Part shown: one piece after another, positions 1 through 7,860 of the stretch | Position numbering within the stretch: the stretch's first letter is position 1 | How the letters are laid out: each line of letters opens with the position of its first letter | NCBI RefSeq assembly: GCF_006345805.1 | Contig: NW_021826098.1 | Coordinates: forward strand, 1-13,625 | Direction of reading: 5' to 3' | Source: Octopus sinensis | Taxonomy: Eukaryota | DNA length: 13,625 nucleotides | Made by a program: the position numbers and the translations under genes | The notes under the pieces: model-generated | What the model was told of the DNA's origin: nothing | The model's database searches: none | What the model saw: only the letters and a program-made list of their open reading frames with translations

Positions 1-167
1 TGGAATATCATTGACTCAAATGCTTACGATAAGGCTGATAGCGCAAACGTTCAAGTAATGGACAATCATTAGTCCTGAAACCTACACCTGCAATCATTAT
101 TGTAATACATCACATGATGTGGATGTTAATTTTCATAGATCTCTCCGAAATATAAGTCCGACCTTAC
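1..167. repeat. Block Z, right half (truncated by the window edge)
   Basis: Matches the right halves of 8020-8411 and 11609-12019; all three copies end at gtccgaccttac. Confidence 0.9.
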
Positions 168-178
168 AATTAATTTTT

Positions 179-1345
179 GCTTAGAAACTCTGTCTCCCTA
201 TTCAGCTTCCTTTCAGCAACCATAACCATGTCTCAATATTACTATTTCCTGCAACTATCTATGCCAATCGACATTGCCATACATTCTCTTGTCAGTTAGA
301 TTATCTTCCTACTTTTTTTATTGTTTTAATTTCATTTGGCTTTTTCCTTTCCTATCTCCTACTATAACTCAGGCAAATCATAAATTTTATTCATTATTAT
401 ATATATCAATTCTAGCTAACTCTACCCTACTTTCTGCTGATATTAAACCGCTTCCACCTTCGTTATTCTAAGTAAGTGCAATCTTGCTCTTCCTAATCGA
501 GCTTGAAGTCCTCTATTCATATTGAATTCCTTCCTAGTTCTTCTGTCTAGATTTGCTAATTCAGATCTTTTCCAATCAACAAATTCTGCTGAATACCGAA
601 GTAACGACACTTCCCAAAGTTTTTACAACCTTTACTAGATTTAGAACCCTTCGCTTTCCCTTCATTAGCTTCTTCAACCTTCCGATGTACTCCTTAGCTA
701 TTTTTGTTTTCATTTCCATTGTTAGTACACTCTCAGATTCTAATACTCCGAAGCACTTATGATTCTCTGCCTTCAGTGATTTTACTCTCTTGCTATCTGG
801 CCTTCACTGCTGACTCCCTTTTCTGTGTGAATTCATGTTAAAAGTCTCTACATTGGGAATTTGCCTGGTTTTTGTCTATTTTGGATTTTATGTAGTTAGT
901 TATGAATGCCTGATCGTGTGCGGTTGCTTACAAACACTGTCTCCTTTTCATTTTCCGTTCTGAAACCATATTAGTCTGTAAGTGTCCCTTGGCTATTCTT
1001 TCTGTACCCTTTCTGTTCCACTGGTGCTTTGTAATTTATTTCCAGGAAATCATACACCTAATTAGATATTATTCCTGTCATCAGTTTCCACATGAGGGGC
1101 AGACAGGTGATAGGCCGGTGATTATCCACTGCATTGCTTTGTTGGGATTATTTTGGCAAAGAATTGTTTGACTTTTGGTCAGCCTCTTTGGGATTTGTAC
1201 CCCGTTGTTGATCATTTTATATATTTGCTTGGCTATTCTTCTGTGTACTGCTGGGGAAATTTTCAGCCAATATCCTTGTACGCTATCCGGTCCTGGGTAT
1301 TTCCAGTTTGGCGATTTAATCACTCTGGCCCACATTGGTAGTCAA
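179..1345 (-). mobile_element. Decayed, rearranged R4/Dong-clade non-LTR retrotransposon ORF fragments (RT N-terminus, post-RT segment, RT C-terminus/thumb)
   Basis: Minus-strand translation across frameshifts gives three pieces. 1335-983: KSPNWKYPGPDSVQGYWLK...[31 protein letters not shown]...EQKGYRKNSQGT. 982-844: KET...TAHDQAFITNYIKSKIDKNQANSQCR. 823-179: PDSKRVKSLKAENHKCFGVLES...KEYIGRLKKL...LLRYSAEFVDWKRSELANLDRRTRK...RLHL...GGSGLISAE...ETWLWLLKGS. These match motifs I recognise from R4/Dong/Rex6 ORFs (NWKAPGPD..YWLK; KRETEGLI.AAQDQA.RTN.IK..ID...KCR.C). Many stops and frameshifts; the RT catalytic core is absent. Confidence 0.85.
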
Positions 1346-1409
1346 ATATACAATGAGGCGACAGGTGTTTATACATCTGCTTTTACTCGTCCTTAATTAC
1401 TAAACAATA

Positions 1410-1446
1410 CTCTCCTCTTTCTCTCTCTTTCTCTCTCTCTCCTCTA
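1410..1446. repeat. (CT)n microsatellite, imperfect
   Basis: tctcctctttctctctctttctctctctctcctct; second copy at about 13251-13285. Confidence 0.9.
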
Positions 1447-1499
1447 ATAACTTAATTAAATTTAACTCTCTATAATTATCTACGATGACTATGCGAGAA

Positions 1500-1740
1500 T
1501 TTGTATGTGGGTGTGTCTGTGCGTACAAACAGACATTTATCTGTCCATTTCTAAACTCATACGTATGGATGTGTATGTATGGCCGCGTAAGTGTGTGTAT
1601 CTGACTGTGTGTATAGCAATAGGAATATGCCACTGCATATGTGTCTGTGTGTGTGTCTGTGTGTGTTTGCATATGTTAGTGCGTGTGTGTATGTGTATGT
1701 CTCTCTCTGTATGCATGTATGTGTATACATGCATCCTTTA
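1500..1740. repeat. Degenerate (TG)n/(TGTA)n low-complexity tract
   Basis: Interrupted tgtgtg/tgtatg runs; second copy at about 13345-13575. Confidence 0.85.
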
Positions 1741-2064
1741 ACCCCCAAGTCAAACACCCTTCACTATATAGACTAATCTCTATATACTCTCATATATTTC
1801 TCATTCGCCCAATAATAGACTCTTCCAAGGCCTTCCAAATCTGATTCACTTTCTATTCAAAGATGCAACTGTTAACTTCCATTATCCTTTGCCAGGGACT
1901 TTCCTGGAAACTTTACTAACTCTTCGATCACGAAAATACCAGACACATTTATCTGAGAACTCCATGGTTTCCCAAAAGACTGGGAACGAATAATATCCTC
2001 GATTAAGGATATTATGCATTTCCGCATTTTCTTTTTTGTGCATATTTGTAACCACTCTGCACAG

Positions 2065-2292
2065 TTCTTTTATTTGTTTCAGCCATTTCACTGCAGCCAT
2101 GCTGGAGCAATGCCTTTTTCACCGAACTTATTATTTATAAGACTTGTACTTATTCTTGAGTCTCTTTGCTGAACCACTAATTTACATGGACGTAAACTCA
2201 CCAACATCGGTTGTAAAGCGATGGTGGTGGACACAAACACAGACACAAAAACTCACACACACACCACACCACACACAACACACACACAACAC
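2065..2292 (-). mobile_element. SINE 3' module with (CA)n, reverse orientation
   Basis: Reverse complement of 3030-3222 (gctggagca/gctccaacat; gaaccactaatttacatggacgtaaac/cttacgtccctgtaacctagcagttc), followed by a CA tract. Confidence 0.8.
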
Positions 2293-2684
2293 AATACTTA
2301 TATTATAAATTATAAATGAATGTTCTTGAAAAAGGCTAAATGTTTTTCTTGCTCCTAATCTGTTATAATTTATGTCCCTCCGCTCAATGATCAACCACAC
2401 CTTAAACCCATGATACCCAATTTCTGCACCACATTTTTCTGTTCAAGCAGGTGTTTTAGTGGTAAACCAAACTGAGCAGTCACACTACATACGACCTTTT
2501 AAATGATTTTCTTTTGTATCAACGCTAAGGTATAATATATACTTTTATGTGGCTTTGGGGAGTGGCATGAACGGATTTCTTCTATTTGTATGTATTTCAA
2601 TTTCTCGTGTAACGAACAATTCCTTTAACGAACATGGCTCGGAAAGGATTATGTGTATATATAGAGATGGCACTGGTTTGAGAA

Positions 2685-2870
2685 GTTTTGAGTCGAACTA
2701 ATTGACCTCTGTACTTAATTTTTTAAGCCTTGTACTTATTTTATTGGAGTATATTGGTGAACCGCTAAGTTACCGGAACGTAAACACACCAACACAGGTC
2801 ATCAAGCGGTGGGACAAACACTGACACAAAGAGACACACACTGATACATACAGACAGACATATATAGACA
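2685..2870 (-). mobile_element. SINE 3' module fragment, reverse orientation
   Basis: gaaccgctaagttaccggaacgtaaacacaccaacacaggtcatcaagcggtgggacaaacac is reverse-complementary to about 3030-3100. Confidence 0.8.
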
Positions 2871-3222
2871 TAGAAGTGGCCGTAGAGTATGAAACACATG
2901 GTTCCGGGTTCAGTCCCGTTGCGAGACATTTTGGCTGAGTGTCTTCTACTATAGCCAAGGGCCGACCATAGTCTTGTGAGTGGATTTCATAGATGGAAAC
3001 TCAAATAAGCCCGTCGTATGTATATGTCTATATTTGTCCCTCCACCATCCCTTGACAACCGATGTTGTTGTGCTTACGTCCCTGTAACCTAGCAGTTCGA
3101 GAAAAGAGACCGATAGAATAAGTTCTAGGCTTACAAAGAATAAGTCCTTGGGTCGATTTGTTCGACTAAAGGCGGAGCTCCAACATGGCCGAAGTCAAAT
3201 GAGTGAAACAAGTAAAAGAATA
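2871..3222 (+). mobile_element. Composite tRNA-derived SINE: head, CORE-like domain, TA/TG spacer, 3' module
   Basis: B-box-like ggttccgggttcagtccc, CORE-like ttggctgagtgtcttctactatagcc, body ending aagcccgtcgtatg, then 3' module ending gtcaaatgagtgaaacaagtaaaagaa. Same family recurs at 3226-3385, 7766-7860, 9010-9496 and 10410-10878. Confidence 0.8.
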
Positions 3223-3225
3223 GTC

Positions 3226-3385
3226 ACGATGGGCTTCTTTCAGTTTCCATCTACCAAATCCACTTATGAAGATTTTGAGAGTCCAATGGCTACAGTAGAA
3301 GACATTTATGTAGCGTGCCACGCAGTGGAACTGAACCCGAATCCAAATTTGGAAGCAAGCGTCTTACCACACAGCCGCGCCTAAA
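3226..3385 (-). mobile_element. Head and CORE-like part of the same SINE family, reverse orientation
   Basis: Reverse complement ggcgcggctgtgtggtaagacgcttgcttcc...ggttcagttccactgcgtggcacg...gtcttctactgtagcc...ggtagatggaaactgaaagaagcccatcgt aligns to 2871-3017. Confidence 0.8.
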
Positions 3386-3534
3386 CATGCCCCCATACAC
3401 AGATTCAATCCAAGGAAACACGCATAAAGATGAAACACTCTCCAAGCCGTTCACTTTATAATTTGTTAAAACCATTAGCATGGTGTCCATTAGTGAGTGA
3501 TGCTGTGTTTTGTTTTATTTCTCCTACACATTGA

Positions 3535-3663
3535 TTCCAAATTTTGGCACAACACCAGCAATTTCAGGGGAGGAGTAAGTTGATTACATCGACCCCAGTA
3601 TATAACTGATATTCATTTCATCGACCCCGAAAGGATAAAAGGCAAAGACAACCTCGGCGGAAT
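3535..3663 (-). mobile_element. Deu/Nin-domain SINE, 3' part, reverse orientation
   Basis: Reverse complement ccgccgaggttgtctttgccttttatcctttcggggtcgatgaaatgaatatcag...ggggtcgatgtaatcaactta matches 3821-4453; cctttcggggtcgat..aa..agtaccag is the Deu/Nin-domain signature as I recall it. Confidence 0.75.
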
Positions 3664-3797
3664 ATTTCTACTTAATATTTAATATTATTACGTTCATGCA
3701 TTTTTGAAATTGGGTGTTAAAACAGAAATTCTTCTATTTGGAGATGGTCGTCTGTTGCCAATGAAACACGCGCAATATATATTTGATATTCACTTTA

Positions 3798-3818
3798 TTG
3801 TTGTTGTTGTTGTTGTTG
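3798..3818. repeat. (TTG)7 microsatellite
   Basis: Read directly; abuts the 5'-truncated SINE at 3821. Confidence 0.95.
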
Positions 3819-3820
3819 GT

Positions 3821-4043
3821 ACGCCGGGCGAAACGTTTAGAAGTATTTCGTCTGCGGTTACGTTCTGAGTTCAAATTCCACCGAGTCCAAATTCCACCGA
3901 GGTCGATATTGCCTTTCATCCTTTTGTAGTCGATTAAATAAGTACCAGTTACGCACTGGAGGCGATATAATCGACTTAATCAGCGTGTCTGTCCTTGTTT
4001 GTCCTCTCTGTGTTTAGCCCCTTGTGGGTAGTAAAGAGATAAG
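3821..4043 (+). mobile_element. Deu/Nin-domain tRNA-derived SINE, 5'-truncated, with a small internal duplication
   Basis: acgccgggcgaaacgtttag...gttctgagttcaaattcc (B box)...gcctttcatcc...taagtaccagttacgcactgg...ccccttgtgggtagtaaag; caaattccaccgag occurs twice in tandem. Confidence 0.8.
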
Positions 4044-4185
4044 TATTTCGTCTCTCACTACATTCTGAGTTCAAATTCCGCTTAGATCGACTTTGCCCAT
4101 CATCCTTTCGGAGACGATAAATTAAGTACCAGTTACACACTGGGATCGATGTAATGGACTTGTCCTTGTGCTTCCAGTAGACAGG
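4044..4185 (+). mobile_element. Second Deu/Nin-domain SINE, head-to-tail with the first
   Basis: tatttcgtct...ttctgagttcaaattccg...gactttgcccatcatcctttcggagacgataaattaagtaccagttacacactgggatcgatgtaat. Confidence 0.8.
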
Positions 4186-4192
4186 ATAATTA

Positions 4193-4235
<43 letters not shown>
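4186..4235. repeat. (ATT)n tract, tail of the SINE or insertion site of the next
   Basis: Read directly. Confidence 0.95.
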
Positions 4236-4236
4236 T

Positions 4237-4453
4237 GAGGTTTAGCTGGCAGAATCGTTAGCACGCCGGGCAAAATGCTTGGTAGTATTTCATCCATCAT
4301 TAGTTTCTGAGTTCAAATCCCCCGAGTTCAACTTCACATTTCAACATTTCGAGGTCTATAAATTAAATACCAGTTGAGTACTAGGGGCTATGTAATCGAC
4401 TAACTCACCCCATCCAAGAATATGTCAGGCTTTGTGCTTATAGTAGGAACGAC
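4237..4453 (+). mobile_element. Third Deu/Nin-domain SINE, near full length, more diverged
   Basis: agctggcagaatcgttagcacgccgggcaaaatgctt (A-box region), ctgagttcaaatcc (B box), aattaaataccagttgagtactagggg, tgtaatcgactaa. Confidence 0.8.
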
Positions 4454-4461
4454 TATTATTA

Positions 4462-4520
<59 letters not shown>

Positions 4521-4550
4521 AGTATTATCATTATTATTATTATTACTATT
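4454..4550. repeat. (ATT)n tract
   Basis: About 97 bp, interrupted, directly after the SINE. Confidence 0.95.
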
Positions 4551-4804
4551 AGCATAAATTCTTTCGTCTCACATACTGTGATCTCCTGAGCGACTCTCTG
4601 CTACGCCTTTTTCTTCTTATCCTGCTTATTCTGTACTAAAATTTATATTAAATGTCTACTTTTCTACTGTTTGTCAAGTGGTTTGTTTATCAAATAATTT
4701 ATACTCGGAACAATTGTACAAACGGAATTTCCCACTTGGTGCAGCTACATATTTTAGTAATTGTTTGAATGAATACACGCACATACACAACTCACTTATA
4801 TGTT

Positions 4805-4893
<89 letters not shown>

Positions 4894-4904
4894 ATATATA
4901 TATA
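4805..4904. repeat. Compound (TG)n-(TA)n-(TG)n microsatellite
   Basis: TG 4805-4820, TA 4821-4860, TG 4861-4888, then TA. Confidence 0.95.
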
Positions 4905-4969
4905 AGCATAGTAGAAATATGTTAAAGAAAGAAAATATAAAATACACGTGGAAATGTAAGGATAAAAGA

Positions 4970-4984
4970 TGATATATGTATATG

Positions 4985-5025
<41 letters not shown>

Positions 5026-5052
5026 GAGGGAGAGAGAGAGAGAGGAGAGAGA
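4970..5052. repeat. (TA)n followed by (AG)n
   Basis: Read directly. Confidence 0.9.
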
Positions 5053-5173
5053 CTTTTAGTGGGGGGCAACCAGATCGAACCTTCCCAAGTGTTACTGCCC
5101 GAGATGGTCGTGACTTGTGGGACTTGACTGAGGAAAGAGAGCGTTATTTTTTTTACCATTTATATAAGTATGT

Positions 5174-5253
5174 ATGTGTGTGTGTGTTGTGTGTGTGTAT
5201 GTGTGTGTGTGTGTGTGTATGTGTGTGTGTGAGTATGTGTGTGTGTGTGTGTG
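5174..5253. repeat. (TG)n microsatellite, interrupted
   Basis: Read directly. Confidence 0.95.
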
Positions 5254-5310
5254 TTCAATCTATGTATTGAAGTTTCTGTTTGTTTATCTGTCTAATTATT
5301 TTTCGAATTG

Positions 5311-5440
5311 TCTCTCTCTCTCTCTTTCTCTCTTTCTTTCTTTTTTCTTTCCCTCTCTCTCTGTTCCACACTTTCATTTTCTCTCTCTTTTTCTCTCTTT
5401 CTGACTTTCTCTCTTACTCTCTCTCTCTCTCTCTCTCTTC
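5311..5440. repeat. (CT)n/(CTTT) polypyrimidine tract
   Basis: About 130 bp, almost entirely C/T. Confidence 0.9.
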
Positions 5441-5570
5441 GTAATGCTATTTTTAGTGTGCTGGTGCTGCTTGTAGGAACTTTAATCATTAATTAATGAT
5501 GCGTTACCTTATGGCATTTTTTACGCATGCTTGCCACTTGATAATTTTGTAAGCAATAATATCCTATAAT

Positions 5571-5588
5571 ACATATATATATACTATA

Positions 5589-5662
<74 letters not shown>
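5571..5662. repeat. (TA)n microsatellite
   Basis: About 90 bp with a long uninterrupted run. Confidence 0.95.
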
Positions 5663-5666
<4 letters not shown>

Positions 5667-6041
5667 TTATACACAGGTATGTATGATTGTGTATAGAAGA
5701 ATATATTACTGAAAGAAATTCCAACTTTGATTTTCATGATTTATTTACAATCCTATAATAATATATAAGATAAGATAACATAATGAAGCGATAGAATATC
5801 AAATATCCACTCTGATTGAACTAGTACTTTCATGCATTCTTCAACTTGTATAACAGTAGTTATTGTCTGCATCATTCCAAAGAGAAATAAAGTCTCCATA
5901 AAGTGTAAAAGTTAGAAATAATTTGTATGGTGTTAGTAACAAAATATTTTGTTAGAAATAGGATTATTATCATCGGTCTTAAATTTAATCTCGCCAGTGT
6001 AGATATGTGTGTGTATAAATATCAATTTTAAATATTTACAG

Positions 6042-6345
6042 GAAAGTAGCAAAAATTGATTTACATTTACAATGCCGGTTTCAAATATGACTTCAGTATT
6101 AATTTTTTACAGAAATTAGAAAAGGTTTATCCACTTATCTGAATATTCTATTACCTCATGAAAGTTTATTGTCTCATTTTGCGGCTTGTATCGGATAAGA
6201 ATACTGACCGAAGTACACATTTTTTATAACCCGTTATGTGTTTTTTTAACGGCAGTGTCAGTATTTTCTGTCGATGTATGTTATTCGCTGTACTTTAATA
6301 TCCGGAAAATAAATCCATTTTTAAGAAATTCACCATTTCTACACG
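6042..6345. repeat. Block Y (paralogous to 11105-11396; fragment at about 7960-8015)
   Basis: Shared anchors: aaaaattgatttac, caaatatgacttc, acagaaatta...tatccacttatct.aatatt, ctttaatatccggaaaataaatccatttt, tcaccatt.ctacacg. Confidence 0.8.
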
Positions 6346-6466
6346 ACGCAAAGTAATATAAGATGAGGTGATTTGCTTAAGAACGCAATACAATTCCCTT
6401 TACGGGAATTGAAACCGCGATCTCGCTATCGCGAATGTAACACCGTTAACAGCGTGGTCATTCGCC
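6331..6466 (-). mobile_element. Highly decayed tRNA-SINE head, reverse orientation
   Basis: Reverse complement ggcgaatgaccacgctgttaacggtg...gagatcgcggtttcaattccc...ttcttaagcaaatcacctcat: A/B-box-like segments and a CORE-like ttaagcaa; related remnant at about 11381-11495. Confidence 0.5.
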
Positions 6467-6859
6467 TTGGACACCAATTATATTATTTAACATGTTATAT
6501 GACATAGGTGGGACAGCATCCCAGAATCCTTCTTATCTACTAGGCGTTTTCCCGAAGCAACACCCACTGAATTTACATGGATCCCGAGAAAAATCTGAGC
6601 GTTACTCCTAAGTGATGTCTCTTGTCAGCTAACGATATGGCGTTGTATCATGTAATGATAGAAAGTCTGACGCAGAAAATTGCGTTGTTTGATGTGGTGA
6701 TACAGTCTGAGAACGAGGCCAATTTTAGGTACATATCTTTGTTCGTTTTTTTGTGTTTGACTTAGGGTGTTGTTGTCGACGTTGTTGTTTGCCCTGACTG
6801 ATCGTAATTTTGCACAAAGGCATTCCAATTATACCCTACTAATTATTTTTATTCAAACA

Positions 6860-7208
6860 TTAGCAACCATGTCCTCCATTGTCTAAAATAAGAGTGTGTG
6901 ATTGGAAAGAGATTTCGCAGGTATCTCCAGGTGTTTGATGGAAAACATTGTAAACATATCTGCGTCACAAGCCAATGTTTCCTGATTGAGTAAAGCTATG
7001 GTCAGAGGACATCCAGTCGTCATCTTCCCATCCATTTAGTTATATAGCATTGTCTCCGGTCTCTAGGTGAGCAGGATTTTCCATGAATTCAACTGCTTCA
7101 GCACACACATGCAACCAAAACCCATAGGACACTTGTGTGTAGACCACTAAATACATGCTTCCACCACCTCAGATCTGAATGCTTCGCCATCTTCCCATCC
7201 CCGCAGGA
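6860..7208 (-). pseudogene. Candidate decayed exon of unknown product, with weak C-type-lectin-like spacing
   Basis: Repeat-free, about 44% GC over 6901-7200 by my count, with a pyrimidine-rich AG acceptor at 7210-7209. A frame of 116 codons has stops at 7171, 7042 and 6967. 19 of 42 codons in the GGGSMY...DNAI stretch start with G. Product identity is not established. Confidence 0.3.
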
Positions 7209-7363
7209 CTTTCGAATGAAAAAATAAGTTGTACAGTTAAAAAGTATAGAGCTTAACTTAAAAAGATAATATTAAACAAGAATATCCAAGCAAAATAGTC
7301 GGCAATGCCTGTACACAATGCCTGTACACAAATTTACAAATTGCTTTGCAGCACATCTGTCGG

Positions 7364-7630
7364 CTATTCGCGTTCTGAGTTCCTTTCCCGCCGAAGTCCC
7401 CTTTGCATTTCATTTCTCAGAGGAGCTGAAGTCCAATTAGTCGACTGACCACTTCCCCCACAAAACAACAACCACTGGCATTCTACCTAAGCCAGAGTAA
7501 ACATTATATGAGCGGCAATCTAGGATTTCAGACAAAGAATTGCTACGCGGTTTTATATGTAATCATGTCTGGTTATATAAAAATGCATCGGGATATATAT
7601 ACATACACAAACACGCACAAATATATGTGC
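7364..7630. repeat. Block W copy 1 (decayed SINE plus unique tail; paralogous to 9750-10012)
   Basis: Shared derived sequence catttctcagagg.gctgaagtccaattagtcgactg, accactggca.tctacctaa, gcggcaatctagga, gtaatcatgt.tggttatataa; offset about 2386. Confidence 0.9.
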
Positions 7631-7699
7631 TTGTATGTGTGTGTGTGTAAGTGTACCTGTGTGTGTATGTGAATGTGAATGTGTGCAAATATGTACGTT

Positions 7700-7723
7700 T
7701 GTGTGTGTGTATATATATATATC

Positions 7724-7755
<32 letters not shown>

Positions 7756-7765
7756 ATATATATAT
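7700..7765. repeat. (TG)n/(TA)n microsatellite
   Basis: Read directly. Confidence 0.95.
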
Positions 7766-7860
7766 GGCGTAAAGCCCTGTGAGTGATTTGGTAGACAGAA
7801 ACTTAAAGAAGCCCGTCGTATATATGTATATATATGTGCGTGTGTGTGTCTATATGTTTC
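7766..7860 (+). mobile_element. 3' fragment of the CORE-like SINE body
   Basis: aaagccctgtgagtgatttggtagacagaaacttaaagaagcccgtcgtatatatg matches about 2965-3025. Confidence 0.75.

Larger units (their letters stand above)
1..1785 (+). repeat. Copy 1 of a long direct repeat (paired with 11853-13625; offset 11,852 bp)
   Basis: Base 1 tggaatatcattg aligns to 11853, and 1781-1785 tatat aligns to the last bases of the window. Near-identical ORFs at 274..471 and 12126..12323 show the same offset. I count 6 substitutions and no indels in 1-500. Confidence 0.97.

Noticed and set aside
274-1341. Plus-strand hydrophobic ORFs (274..471, 553..762, 989..1171, 1153..1341 and their copies)
   Set aside because: They are antisense shadows of the purine-rich R4/Dong coding strand.
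1400-1776. ORFs rich in V/C/H/T/Y/I/S/L/R/E here and at 4674-5496, 8626-8991, 10008-10439 and 13344-13596
   Set aside because: They are translations of TG/CA/TA/CT microsatellites, which lack stop codons by composition.
2451-2529. 79-bp segment with a good acceptor (tttttctgttcaagcAG) and donor (aag/gtataa)
   Set aside because: All three frames contain stops and there is no other support; such site pairs arise by chance in AT-rich DNA. A non-coding exon cannot be excluded.
3148-3490. ORFs 3148..3384 and 3290..3490
   Set aside because: They lie across SINE sequence and show no recognisable protein motif.
4237-4325. tRNA gene
   Set aside because: A/B-box-like motifs are present, but they belong to SINE heads followed by SINE bodies, and I cannot build a cloverleaf.
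5441-5496. Hydrophobic stretch NAIFSVLVLLVGTLIIN resembling a signal peptide
   Set aside because: No in-frame start codon nearby, an immediate stop, and no convincing donor.
5485-5500. Perfect 16-bp palindrome atcattaattaatgat, and an 18-bp palindrome at 5937-5954
   Set aside because: Both are almost entirely A/T, and about one such palindrome is expected by chance in 13.6 kb of this composition.
7303-7331. 13-bp tandem duplication caatgcctgtaca, and agccgaag twice at about 9081-9096
   Set aside because: Ordinary slippage duplications with no array or spacer structure; not CRISPR-like.
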